Source: Vulcanimicrobiaceae bacterium (GTDB taxonomy: Bacteria; Vulcanimicrobiota; Vulcanimicrobiia; Vulcanimicrobiales; Vulcanimicrobiaceae). From it: a DNA stretch of 64,000 nt. The notes beneath the pieces are model-generated. The model searched no databases. It was not told the origin of the DNA and worked only from the letters and a program-made list of their open reading frames with translations. The stretch covers positions 154,066-218,065 of the forward strand of contig DATJTX010000039.1 in the NCBI GenBank assembly GCA_035502855.1. The letters are read 5' to 3'. Shown in pieces: positions 18,468 to 28,241 of the stretch. The stretch's first letter is position 1, and each line of letters opens with the position of its first letter. A program made the position numbers and the translations under genes.

Positions 18468-21081
18468 CGCGAATCACTTTCAGGGCCGCGGACGCGCCGG
18501 CCGTGTTCTTGCCGCCGCCTTGCGCTTGCGTCGCGGCACCGCCGCCCTTGCCGTCAACCAGCGGCGCGGCGAGCTTCACCAAATTGCCGGCGTGGACGCC
18601 ATCCTTGACGAGATCGTCACTGGCGGAGACGAGCAGGCTCACCGCGCCGTCATCGACGCCCGCGAGTGCGATGACGCCGCTCGGCAAACGGCTGCGCAGG
18701 GCGCTGGAGAGATGACGAATCGCATCGGCATTGGCTTCGGGCACGACCGCTCCGACGAACGTGCGGGCGCCCTTGCGCTCGGCGCGTTCGATATAGCTCT
18801 GCGCCTCGAACGCAGCCATGCGCGCCTTCATCTGCCCGACGGCGGTTTGCAGGTCACGCACTTCGCGCTGCAGCTTGCTCACGCGATCGGTCAGTTCTTC
18901 CGGCGAGGTCGCCAAACTCGAGGCAAGCTCGCTCACCAGGTCTTGCTGATTCGTCACGAATCGCTCGGCCGACAGCGAGACGCAGCTCTCGATCCGGCGA
19001 ATGCCGCTGCCGATGGAGAACTCGTTCAAGATGACGAACATTCCCAATTCGCCGGTGGAATGCGCATGCGTTCCGCCGCAAAACTCGACCGACGGGCCGG
19101 CCTGCAGCACGCGGACTTTCTCGCCGTACTTCTCGCCGAACATCCAGATCGCGCCGCTGCGCTTGGCTTCCTCGATCGGCAGCTCGCGCGTGATCACCGG
19201 CGAGTCATCCCGAATCATCTCGTTGACGCGCGCCGCGACCGCGTGCCGCTGCTCGGGTGTGAGTGCGCCCGCCGGATTGCGGAAATCGAAGCGCATGCGG
19301 TCGATGCCGACCCACGATCCCGCTTGGGTCACCTCGTCGCCGAGAATATCTTTGAGCGCCCGCTGCAGCAGGTGCGCCGAGGTATGATGCCGGCGGATCT
19401 CGCGCCGCCACCAATCGAAGACCGCGCTTCGCACGTGGGCACCGACGCTGAGCTCACCGCTCTTGACCACGCCGTGATGAGCGATCGCTTCGCCCATGTA
19501 CTGCGCATCGTCGACCTCGAAGACCGAGCCGTCGTCCATCGCGATCCGGCCGCGATCGCCGATCTGTCCGCCGCGTTCGGCGTAAAAGGCCGTGCGATCC
19601 AGAATCAGGGTTCCATGCTCTCCGGCCCGTAGCGTTTCGACGGGCTTGTCATCCCGCAGAATCGCCACGATCTCGCCGTCGCTCTCCAAGCCCTCGTAGC
19701 CGGTGAACTCGGAACGCACCGCCGGCAACTCGGCGAGTGTGACCACCGCGCGTTTGGCTTTGGCGTCCGCGCGCGCGCGTTCGCGCTGCTCTTGCATCGC
19801 CGTCTCGAATTCGGCGGTGTCGACGGCCACGCCGCCGTCCGCCGCGATCTCGCGCGTGAGTTCGATCGGAAAGCCATACGTATCGTGCAGCATGAACGCA
19901 TCTTGACCCGAGATCAACCGCGTGCAATTTTCGTTCGCGTCGTCGATCAGCCGGTCGAGCATCGCCATGCCGCGTTCGAGCGTCCGGTCGAAGGTCTGCT
20001 CTTCGGTACGCAGCGTCCGCACGATCCGCGCGAGATTGTCGCGCAGTTCCGGATAGCCCGGCGCGAGCGAACGCACGACGGCGGGAATCAGCTCGGTCAA
20101 AAAGCCGTTCGGATAGCCCAGCAATTTGCCGTTGCGAATCGCGCGGCGAATCAAGAAGCGAAGCACGTAGCCGCGATCCGTGTTCGACGGATAGATGCCG
20201 TCGTTGATCAGGAACGTCACCGCGCGCGCGTGGTCCGCAATGATATTTTGCCGCTCGCGCTGCTCCTGCACCCTTCGAGACGCCCCCTCCGCGGGCTCCT
20301 CAGGGTGACAAGGCGGCTGGGCCGCGATGATGTCCAAGAACAGATCGGTTTCGTACATCGAGGCTTTGCCGTTGCAGACCGCGAGCATGCGCTCGAGGCC
20401 GGCTCCGGTGTCGATCGACTTCTTGGGCAGTTCGGTCAATTTACCGTCGATGCCGCGATTGTATTGTTGGAAGACGACGTTCCAGATTTCGACGTAGCGA
20501 TTGCCGAGATTCGGGCCCGTATCTTCGGGACCACTCGCGAACTCCGCGCCGGTGTCGTAGAAGATTTCGGTCGAAGGGCCGCACGGGCCGGTCGGGCCCA
20601 TCGTCCAAAAGTTGTCCTCGTCGAAACGCGTGATGCGCGAGGTTTCGAGACCGACGTCTTTGTGCCAAATCTGCGCGGCTTCGTCGTCGCCGGTGTGCAC
20701 CGTCACGTACAGCCGCGAGGGCTCCAGCTTGAGCACCTTGGTGACGAACTCCCATGCCCACACGATCGCGTCGTGCTTGTAGTAATCGCCGAAGCTGAAG
20801 TTGCCGAGCATCTCCAAAAAGGTGCCGTGGCGGCCGGTGCGGCCGACGTTTTCGATGTCGCTCTTCGCGCCGGCGACGCGCAGGCAGCGCTGCACGGTGA
20901 CGACGCGCGGCGCGGGCGGCGGCTGGTCGCCGAGGAAGACGGGCACGAACTGCTCCATCCCGGCGATCGTAAAGAGCGTCGTGCTCATTTCGTCCGGGAT
21001 GAGGCTCGCGGAGGGCATCAGCTTGTGCTGCTTGGCAACGAAGAAGTCGATCCAAGCCTGGCGGAGTTCTTGGCTCTTCAT
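18451..21081 (-). CDS. alaS: alanine--tRNA ligase
   Basis: 876 aa. The class II catalytic core is FTIAGMEQF...FEMLGNFSFGDYYK. Editing-domain motifs HTSAHLL and CGGTHA are present, along with a C-terminal DHHA1-like region. Confidence 0.97.
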   Translation of the reverse strand: MKSQELRQAWIDFFVAKQHKLMPSASLIPDEMSTTLFTIAGMEQFVPVFLGDQPPPAPRVVTVQRCLRVAGAKSDIENVGRTGRHGTFLEMLGNFSFGDYYKHDAIVWAWEFVTKVLKLEPSRLYVTVHTGDDEAAQIWHKDVGLETSRITRFDEDNFWTMGPTGPCGPSTEIFYDTGAEFASGPEDTGPNLGNRYVEIWNVVFQQYNRGIDGKLTELPKKSIDTGAGLERMLAVCNGKASMYETDLFLDIIAAQPPCHPEEPAEGASRRVQEQRERQNIIADHARAVTFLINDGIYPSNTDRGYVLRFLIRRAIRNGKLLGYPNGFLTELIPAVVRSLAPGYPELRDNLARIVRTLRTEEQTFDRTLERGMAMLDRLIDDANENCTRLISGQDAFMLHDTYGFPIELTREIAADGGVAVDTAEFETAMQEQRERARADAKAKRAVVTLAELPAVRSEFTGYEGLESDGEIVAILRDDKPVETLRAGEHGTLILDRTAFYAERGGQIGDRGRIAMDDGSVFEVDDAQYMGEAIAHHGVVKSGELSVGAHVRSAVFDWWRREIRRHHTSAHLLQRALKDILGDEVTQAGSWVGIDRMRFDFRNPAGALTPEQRHAVAARVNEMIRDDSPVITRELPIEEAKRSGAIWMFGEKYGEKVRVLQAGPSVEFCGGTHAHSTGELGMFVILNEFSIGSGIRRIESCVSLSAERFVTNQQDLVSELASSLATSPEELTDRVSKLQREVRDLQTAVGQMKARMAAFEAQSYIERAERKGARTFVGAVVPEANADAIRHLSSALRSRLPSGVIALAGVDDGAVSLLVSASDDLVKDGVHAGNLVKLAAPLVDGKGGGAATQAQGGGKNTAGASAALKVIRDAVLA

Positions 21082-21107
21082 AGGTTCAACAACGGATCAT
21101 AACATAA

Positions 21108-21123
21108 GCGCCCGTTAGGGCGT
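21108..21123 (-). terminator. short hairpin between the sigma-factor gene and alaS
   Basis: On the minus strand it reads acgccc-taac-gggcgc followed by ttatgttatg. The stem is only 6 bp, so this is weak. Confidence 0.3.
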
Positions 21124-21124
21124 C

Positions 21125-21931
21125 CTATTCTCCGAGAGCCGCCCGAAGCTTCTCCAGGGCCTTGGCCTGCAGCCGCGAGACGTGCATTTGCGAGACGTTG
21201 AGGCGGCGCGCGATCTCCGTCTGCGAGACCGATTCGTAGAAGCGCAGGTAGATGATCACCCGCTCGCGGCCGCTGAGCACGTGGAAGGCCCGCTCCAAAT
21301 TGGCCCGGTCTTCGAGCAATTCGAGCCCCGAGTCGGTGATGCCGACCGTGTCGGCCAGCTTTTGCGAGCGTTTATCGCCTTCGCCCATGACTTCGGAATC
21401 GAGCGAAAGCAGGTTGTAGGCCTGCCCGAGTTCCTGCGCTTCGAGAATGTCTTCTTCACCGGCACCCAGGTGCGCGGCGAGTTCGGCTACCGTGGGGCTG
21501 CGGCCGAGCTCGACCGACATCTTTTCGTTCGCGCGGTTGACCGCCAAGTTGAGTTCTTGCAAACGCCGCGGCACCTTGACCGCCCAACCCTTATCGCGAA
21601 AATAGCGCTTGATTTCGCCCACGATCGTCGGCGTCGCGTAGGTTGTGAACTCGACCCCGCGATCGAGTTCGAAGCGATCGATCGCCTTGAGCAAGCCGAC
21701 CGTTCCGACTTGAACCAAGTCGTCGAGCGGTTCCCCGCGGTTGACGAATTTCAGCGCCAGAAAACGTACGAGGTTGAGATGCGCGACGACCAGATCGTTG
21801 CGCAGCGACTCGTATTCCCGATCGTGGACGTCGGGTCGCTTCTCGTGCCGCGCCCGGCACCGCGCGAAACGCGCAAACAGCTCGCGCGTCCGCTCGCGAG
21901 TCGAGCGAACGTCGCCGCTTTGGTTTTGCAC
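21125..21931 (-). CDS. RNA polymerase sigma factor, SigB/SigF/SigG group
   Basis: Region 2 is DLVQVGTVGLLKAIDRFE and region 4.2 is SQTEIARRLNVSQMHVSRLQAKAL. It sits directly downstream of the anti-sigma kinase gene. Confidence 0.9.
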   Translation of the reverse strand: MQNQSGDVRSTRERTRELFARFARCRARHEKRPDVHDREYESLRNDLVVAHLNLVRFLALKFVNRGEPLDDLVQVGTVGLLKAIDRFELDRGVEFTTYATPTIVGEIKRYFRDKGWAVKVPRRLQELNLAVNRANEKMSVELGRSPTVAELAAHLGAGEEDILEAQELGQAYNLLSLDSEVMGEGDKRSQKLADTVGITDSGLELLEDRANLERAFHVLSGRERVIIYLRFYESVSQTEIARRLNVSQMHVSRLQAKALEKLRAALGE

Positions 21932-21932
21932 G

Positions 21933-22364
21933 TTAAACTGTTAGTCGCTTGACCATGACCAGCAGTGTACCTTGATCCGGACGAACGTCGTAGTCGACGT
22001 CGTCCATGAGGGAACGAATCAAGAATACACCGAGGCCCCCGACGCGCTCGTCGTTGAGCTCGCGCGAGCGAATGTGTTCCGGATGCGTGCCCCGCCCATG
22101 ATCACGCACGCTGATGCGCAAACCGTCCTGCAGCCCTTCGCACTTGATCTCGATGAACGGGCTTCCGTGTGCGTGCTGAATCGCATTCGTGCACGCTTCC
22201 GCGACGGCGAGTTTGATGTCTTCGATTTCGTCAATCGAAAAATTCAGCCGGCTTGCCACCGCAGCGACGGAAAGGCGCGCCAGTGCAACCCATTCGGCTT
22301 TGCAGGGAATCCGCAAGTCGACGATCTCTTCCGAGCCGTCATTCCGCGGCAAGGGCTCGTTCAC
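21933..22364 (-). CDS. anti-sigma factor serine kinase (RsbW/SpoIIAB-like)
   Basis: HATPase motifs are EACTNAIQHA, VRDHGRG and GGLGVFLI. The GTG at 22364 forms a GTGA overlap with the antagonist stop. The listed ORF extends to 22463. Confidence 0.85.
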   Translation of the reverse strand: MNEPLPRNDGSEEIVDLRIPCKAEWVALARLSVAAVASRLNFSIDEIEDIKLAVAEACTNAIQHAHGSPFIEIKCEGLQDGLRISVRDHGRGTHPEHIRSRELNDERVGGLGVFLIRSLMDDVDYDVRPDQGTLLVMVKRLTV

Positions 22365-22720
22365 ACCAGCGCCTTCATCGCCGCATCTTCGCTCTCGAAG
22401 ATTCCGAAAATCTTCACCAGGCCGGTGATGTCGAAGATTTTTCGGATTTGCGGGTTGGTGCAAACCAAGTTGACGGAACCGCCATGCTCGCGCACGCGCT
22501 TGAGGCCGCCGATCAGCACGCCCAGCCCGGTCGAGTCGATGTAGCGCACTTTCTCGAGGTCGATTACTAGGTTGTATACGCCACGGTCGATCAGGTCGCC
22601 GATCGCGTCCTTGACCTTGGGCGAAGTGTAGACGTCGATCTCACCGCTCAATTCGACAATGTAGCAATCCGCTTGCGCTTCACGCACGTTTACCTTGATG
22701 TCCAACGTCCCTCTCTCCAC
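22361..22720 (-). CDS. anti-sigma factor antagonist (STAS; RsbV/SpoIIAA-like)
   Basis: ELSGEIDVYTSPKVKDAI...LEKVRYIDSTGLGVLIGG carries the conserved phospho-Ser context DSTG. The start is either GTG 22720 or TTG 22705. The listed ORF, which runs to 22858, would overlap the YtxH gene. Confidence 0.85.
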   Translation of the reverse strand: MERGTLDIKVNVREAQADCYIVELSGEIDVYTSPKVKDAIGDLIDRGVYNLVIDLEKVRYIDSTGLGVLIGGLKRVREHGGSVNLVCTNPQIRKIFDITGLVKIFGIFESEDAAMKALV

Positions 22721-22721
22721 T

Positions 22722-23006
22722 CTAGTTTTCGGCCTCTCCGCCGGAATTGGCTCTAGCATTTTCAACGATCGCGCGCCCGCGTTCGTACATATCCGCGGCT
22801 CCTTCGTGCCATTGCGAGGCAACGTCGTTGAAACGGCCGCGCAAGTCGCCCGAGGCATCCATCGCTAGGTTACCCGCTTCGCGCGCCTTTCCAACCAAGA
22901 GGTCGCGCGTCTCTTCTTGGCTCAGGAGGACGGCAACCGCCCCCCCGGCGATTGCCCCCAGGACAAAGCCGCGAAGGAATCCGCGACCGCGGTTCTCGCT
23001 GCCCAT
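22722..23006 (-). CDS. YtxH-domain general-stress-like protein
   Basis: 94 aa. An N-terminal helix GFLRGFVLGAIAGGAVAVLL is followed by a charged helical region, and an AAGGAGAGGAG RBS lies upstream. Confidence 0.65.
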   Translation of the reverse strand: MGSENRGRGFLRGFVLGAIAGGAVAVLLSQEETRDLLVGKAREAGNLAMDASGDLRGRFNDVASQWHEGAADMYERGRAIVENARANSGGEAEN

Positions 23007-23019
23007 GGCGCTCCTCTCC

Positions 23020-23424
23020 TTACGAGCCCTCGCTGGAAGTTCTTCCCGTAAAAAACCGGCGCAAACCCCCGGTGACTCCCGAAATCGTCGCGCCGACGTT
23101 GACGATGCCGGGCACGACGGCGGCCTTCGCCAGATCGGCCGTCTCGGAAACCGTGTCGGCCACGCCTTCGAGCGACCCGACCACGCCCTTCAGGCGCGCC
23201 AAGGTCTGATCGGCCGTGTCGGCAATCCCCTCCACGTGCCCGAGCGTCTCGCCGATCGGTTTGCTCAGGTTCTGGATCTGGCCGTCGACGACGTCGAGCG
23301 TTTGATTGACGCGGCCGAGCGTTCGCGCCGCCGCGATCCCGGCGATCAGGCATCCTATCCCGATAAGCAGGACACCGACGCCCACACCGATGTCGAGGAC
23401 TACGCTCCAATCGATCCCGGTCAC
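23020..23424 (-). CDS. DUF948-like membrane-anchored coiled-coil protein
   Basis: The GTG at 23424 forms a GTGA overlap with the cysteine desulfurase stop and is preceded by GGGGGAGAG. It has one TM helix (VVLDIGVGVGVLLIGIGCLIAGIAA) and then repetitive helical segments. The listed ORF to 23601 overlaps the upstream gene. Confidence 0.55.
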   Translation of the reverse strand: MTGIDWSVVLDIGVGVGVLLIGIGCLIAGIAAARTLGRVNQTLDVVDGQIQNLSKPIGETLGHVEGIADTADQTLARLKGVVGSLEGVADTVSETADLAKAAVVPGIVNVGATISGVTGGLRRFFTGRTSSEGS

Positions 23425-24575
23425 AGTAGTGCTCTCCCCCTCAATTCTGCCGCAATACGAGGCACGAGTTCCAAGACCCGGTCGATCTCCTCCTCGGTCG
23501 TCGTTTCGCCGAGCGAGAAGCGGATGACGCCTTGGCGCCAGCGCGGGTCGATGTTCAGCCCGGCGATGACGTGACTCGGCTCGAGCGCTCCCGAGGTACA
23601 TGCGCTTCCGGCTGAGACTGCAATGCCCTCCAAATCCATCCGCATCAACATCGTCTCCGAATCAACGCCGGCGAACGAGAGGTTGCTGTTGTTCGGTAAG
23701 CGTGGTGCACCACTGCCGTTTACCCGCATGTCATCGACGCAATCGCGCAGGCCTGCTTCCAAACGGTCGCGCAACGCGCCGATTCGCGCCGCACGCTCGG
23801 GTTGCTCCGCGACGGCGCGCTCGAGCGCCGCAGCGAATCCAACCACACCCGCCACGTTCTCGGTTCCCGAGCGGCGTCCGAATTCTTGGCCGCCGCCATG
23901 AATCAGCGGTTCGAGCACGACGCCCTCACGCGCGTACAGCACGCCCACCCCTTTGGGACCGTAGAACTTGTGCGCGGAGAGCGAAAGCAAATCGACGCCG
24001 AGCTCGCGCGGATAGACGCGGACCAAGCCGACGCCTTGGACGGCATCGGTGTGGAAGAGTACGCCCCGCTCACGCGCCATCGCAGCCAACTGCGCGATCG
24101 GCTGCAACACGCCGATCTCGTTATTCGCGAACATGACGCTGGCGAGCACGGTGTCGCTGCGCAGCGCGCTCGCAAATCCCGCCGGATCGACCAGCCCCCG
24201 TTCGTCGACCGGGAGCAGCGTGACCTCGAAGCCCTCGTCGCGCAGCGCATCGCACGCATGCAGGACGGCGTGGTGTTCGATCTCGGTCGAAACGACGTGC
24301 CGGCCGCGCTCATGGTTGGCCCTCGCAGCCCCCAGAATCGCGAGATTGTCGGCCTCGGTGCCGCCGGCGAGAAACGTGATCTCTTTGCGAGCGACGCCAA
24401 GCGCGGCCGCGACCCGGTCGCGCGCCTGGTCGAGTCCGGCGCGCGAGCGGCGGCCTTCGGCATGCAGCGAGCTCGCGTTGTACCCCGCTTCGCGAAAATA
24501 CGGCAGCATCGCCGCGAGCACGTCGGCGTGAAGCGGGGTTGTGGCCGCATGGTCGAGATAGATGCGATTTTTCAT
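23421..24575 (-). CDS. cysteine desulfurase (NifS/IscS-type class V aminotransferase)
   Basis: 384 aa. The PLP-lysine context is SLSAHKFYGPKG and the active-site Cys loop is SAGSACTSG. Confidence 0.92.
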   Translation of the reverse strand: MKNRIYLDHAATTPLHADVLAAMLPYFREAGYNASSLHAEGRRSRAGLDQARDRVAAALGVARKEITFLAGGTEADNLAILGAARANHERGRHVVSTEIEHHAVLHACDALRDEGFEVTLLPVDERGLVDPAGFASALRSDTVLASVMFANNEIGVLQPIAQLAAMARERGVLFHTDAVQGVGLVRVYPRELGVDLLSLSAHKFYGPKGVGVLYAREGVVLEPLIHGGGQEFGRRSGTENVAGVVGFAAALERAVAEQPERAARIGALRDRLEAGLRDCVDDMRVNGSGAPRLPNNSNLSFAGVDSETMLMRMDLEGIAVSAGSACTSGALEPSHVIAGLNIDPRWRQGVIRFSLGETTTEEEIDRVLELVPRIAAELRGRALL

Positions 24576-24580
24576 TCTGT

Positions 24581-24602
24581 TCTCAGAGCCATCTCAGAGC
24601 CG
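24581..24602. repeat. tandem 11-nt direct repeat just upstream of the cysteine desulfurase start
   Basis: tctcagagcca / tctcagagccg is identical at 10 of 11 positions. It lies 6 nt from the start codon at 24575 on the opposite strand. Confidence 0.6.
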
Positions 24603-24664
24603 TAGCTTAGCATGATCGGTGTGCGAAGCTCCATTGCACACTCCGAGAAGTAGCAACGGGAACG

Positions 24665-24700
24665 CGGTCCGGGGGGTTTCCCCCGGACCGTAATTTTTTT
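24665..24700 (+). terminator. strong intrinsic-terminator-like hairpin with T7 tract on the plus strand
   Basis: cggtccgggg(gg) / (c)ccccggaccg forms a 10-12 bp GC stem followed by taattttttt. The T-tract is on the plus strand, although both flanking genes are on the minus strand. On the minus strand the A7 run precedes the stem. Confidence 0.55.
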
Positions 24701-24712
24701 CCGCACCGGTCG

Positions 24713-25963
24713 TCAGGGCTGGTCGTTCTCGCCGGCCTCGTAATAGGTGTGCCCCCGCAGATTCTCGGGCAGGTTCTCCTGCGCGATCGAGTAGTCGTCG
24801 TGCGCGTAGTGATAGTCGCGTCCGTATCCGAGGCTCTTCATGAGACCGGTCGGCGCGTTTCGCAGATGCAGCGGAACCGGATCGTTCCGCGTTTCCTGCA
24901 CGTCGCGCATCGCCGCGCCGTACGCCCGGCCCACGCTGTTGCTCTTCTTGGCCCGGGCGAGATAGAGCGTCGCGTGCGCCAGCGGATAGAACCCTTCCGG
25001 CATCCCGACGAAGTGCACCGCCTGCTGCGCGGCGATCGCCACCTGGATTCCCTGCGCGTCGGCAAGACCGACGTCCTCCGATGCCAAGATCACGAGGCGC
25101 CGCGCGATGAAGAGCGGATCCTCACCGCCGTCGATCATGCGCGCGAGCCAATAGACCGCGGCATCGGGATCACTCGCTCGAATGCTTTTGATGAACGCGC
25201 TGATGACGTCGTAGTGCTGCTCGCCGCCTTTGTCGTAGGTCGAGCCGCGCTTCTGCAGTGCTTCGAGCACCAGCGCGCGATCGATCGTCTTTGCACCGTT
25301 GCTTTGAGGCGCGGTCTGCGCCGCGAACTCGAGCGCCGAGAGCGCGGTACGCGCATCGCCGTTGGCATAACCGATCAGCGTCTGACGCGCATCGGGCGAC
25401 AACTCGATGTGCTGCGAACCCAAGCCCCGTTGCGCGTCACCCAGTGCGCGATCGACGATGGTCGCGACCTCGTCGTCGGAGAGCGGATGCAGCACGAAGA
25501 CACGGGTACGCGAGAGCAGCGCCGAGTTGACCTCGAACGACGGGTTCTCGGTAGTCGCGCCGATCATCGTCACCGTGCCGTCCTCGACATACGGTAGAAC
25601 CGCGTCTTGTTGCGCCTTGTTGAAACGGTGGATTTCGTCGATGAAGAGCACCGTGCGCTTACCGACGCGGCGGCGCGCCTGCGCCTCGGCGACCACGCGC
25701 CGCAAATCCGCGACCCCCGCGCTCACCGCCGAGAGCTTTTCGAAGTGCGCGCCGGTCGAGCGCGCAACGATCTCGGCGAGGGTGGTTTTCCCGGTTCCCG
25801 GCGGGCCCCAGAGAATCATCGACGGAATGCGGTCGCCCTCGATCGCACGGCGCAGTGCGCGCCCCGCGCCGACGATGTCGCTCTGCCCCACGAACTCGTC
25901 AAGCGAGCGCGGACGCATACGCGCCGCAAGCGGCGCGTCCGGCTCCCCGAAGAGCGAATCCAT
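24713..25963 (-). CDS. rarA: replication-associated recombination protein A (AAA+ ATPase)
   Basis: 416 aa. Walker A is GPPGTGKTTLA and Walker B is VLFIDEIHRFNK. The C-terminal MgsA region is YDVISAFIKSIRASDPDAAVYWLARM. Confidence 0.93.
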   Translation of the reverse strand: MDSLFGEPDAPLAARMRPRSLDEFVGQSDIVGAGRALRRAIEGDRIPSMILWGPPGTGKTTLAEIVARSTGAHFEKLSAVSAGVADLRRVVAEAQARRRVGKRTVLFIDEIHRFNKAQQDAVLPYVEDGTVTMIGATTENPSFEVNSALLSRTRVFVLHPLSDDEVATIVDRALGDAQRGLGSQHIELSPDARQTLIGYANGDARTALSALEFAAQTAPQSNGAKTIDRALVLEALQKRGSTYDKGGEQHYDVISAFIKSIRASDPDAAVYWLARMIDGGEDPLFIARRLVILASEDVGLADAQGIQVAIAAQQAVHFVGMPEGFYPLAHATLYLARAKKSNSVGRAYGAAMRDVQETRNDPVPLHLRNAPTGLMKSLGYGRDYHYAHDDYSIAQENLPENLRGHTYYEAGENDQP

Positions 25964-25964
25964 G

Positions 25965-26678
25965 TTAACGCGTGCGCGGGGAGGGGGTCGGTTTGGGGTT
26001 GCCGTGGTGATGTTCGAACGGGTTCTTGATATTGATCGGCCGCGGCGTCGCGATGTGCGGATTCACTTCGCTCGGAAACTGCATCGTGACGTTCCCTTCG
26101 GCATGCGCCTCGCCCGAGACCGTGTTGTACAGCACGTGCGCGGCGACCATGTTGCGATCGCCTTGCACGATCCTCACGTTGCCGGTCAAGTCGAGCTCGT
26201 GCGTGAGATCGTCGAGCACGCCTTTCTCCGCGTCAACGGTCGTATCAGCCTGAACGTAATGCACGTTTCCGGTCGCCGTGTAGATCTTGCCGACGCCGTC
26301 GATGTGCACTTGATCCGCCGTGAGCGTTGCCGGGCCGTGCGATTTCGCCGGCTTGGTGCTGGAAAGTCCCGCGAAGTTGCCCTCGGTATCGTGCATGACC
26401 ACATGACCGTAGAGTGTCGCGTCCTTGGTCTTATAGTTCCCGCTCGCGCGATCCGCCGTGATGTCGCCGCCGCCGCGCGTCATCATCACCTGCTGCGGAG
26501 TACTGAAATCACCGGTCTTGAAGTTGGCGTCGAGCAGCGCTGCGTGCACGGTCCACACGCCGACCTGAAACGTGTCGGCGCCGTTCGACCCCGGCGTGGG
26601 CGACGGGCTCGGGGCGGGCCGCGGCGTGGCCGCGATCAGCACGACGGCCACGAAACACACCAGCGAGATCCGCATCAC
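25965..26678 (-). CDS. LptA/OstA-domain periplasmic protein
   Basis: It has a signal peptide MMRISLVCFVAVVLIAA. Repetitive beta-jellyroll-like segments (TADQVHIDGVGKIYTATGNVHYVQADTTVDAEKGVLD...LTGNVRIVQGDRNMVAAHVLY) resemble OstA_N. Confidence 0.6.
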   Translation of the reverse strand: MMRISLVCFVAVVLIAATPRPAPSPSPTPGSNGADTFQVGVWTVHAALLDANFKTGDFSTPQQVMMTRGGGDITADRASGNYKTKDATLYGHVVMHDTEGNFAGLSSTKPAKSHGPATLTADQVHIDGVGKIYTATGNVHYVQADTTVDAEKGVLDDLTHELDLTGNVRIVQGDRNMVAAHVLYNTVSGEAHAEGNVTMQFPSEVNPHIATPRPINIKNPFEHHHGNPKPTPSPRTR

Positions 26679-27220
26679 CGCAGCAGTCCGGCGAGGCGTT
26701 CGGGTTCGAGCGCGCCTTCGCGCACGATTCGGGCATGCCGTCCAGTCAAATCCACGACCGTTGCTTCGCGCTCGTAGCGCGTGGGACCATTCTCGACCGT
26801 CAAGTCCGCACGCTCCGCAGCGCCGTTCGTGACCGCAACGGCCGCAAGCGGCCCAGCCCGTTCCAAGATCGCACGGGCCACCGGTTCGTCGGGAACACGC
26901 ACGCCGATCGTCGCCGCTCCAGGCGCTACGTCCGGCGCGAGAAACGCCGGCTTGCTGATGATCAACGTCACGGGTCCCGGCAACAATCGCTTGGACGCTA
27001 GAAGTGCGAGCGGGTTGCTGCGCGCGTATTCCAAGAACTCTGCCGGACTTGCGATCAGCAGTTCAAGCGGTTCGGTCGCGACGCCGCAGCGATATGGATC
27101 GCACGCCAGACAATAACTCGTATCGTTCGGAAGCACGATCGCACCGCCGGCAAAGATCACCCGGGCGCATTCGTCGACAACGCGCTCGAGCGGCTCGACG
27201 CGCGCGTCTAGAGTCATCAT
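26675..27220 (-). CDS. tsaC: L-threonylcarbamoyladenylate synthase (YrdC/TsaC family)
   Basis: 181 aa. FAGGAIVLPNDTSYCLACDP and GPVTLIISKP...IGVRVPDEPVARAIL are YrdC-domain hallmarks. Confidence 0.8.
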   Translation of the reverse strand: MMTLDARVEPLERVVDECARVIFAGGAIVLPNDTSYCLACDPYRCGVATEPLELLIASPAEFLEYARSNPLALLASKRLLPGPVTLIISKPAFLAPDVAPGAATIGVRVPDEPVARAILERAGPLAAVAVTNGAAERADLTVENGPTRYEREATVVDLTGRHARIVREGALEPERLAGLLR

Positions 27221-27221
27221 T

Positions 27222-28241
<1,020 letters not shown>

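Noticed and set aside
18520-21102. Two long plus-strand ORFs (18520..19632 and 19792..21102)
   Set aside because: Both are antisense to alaS and are typical GC-rich shadow ORFs.
24576-24664. SigA- or SigB-type promoter upstream of the cysteine desulfurase / sigma operon
   Set aside because: TTGCTA and TTCGCA hexamers exist but lack a properly spaced -10. No GTTT...GGGTAT-like pair was found.
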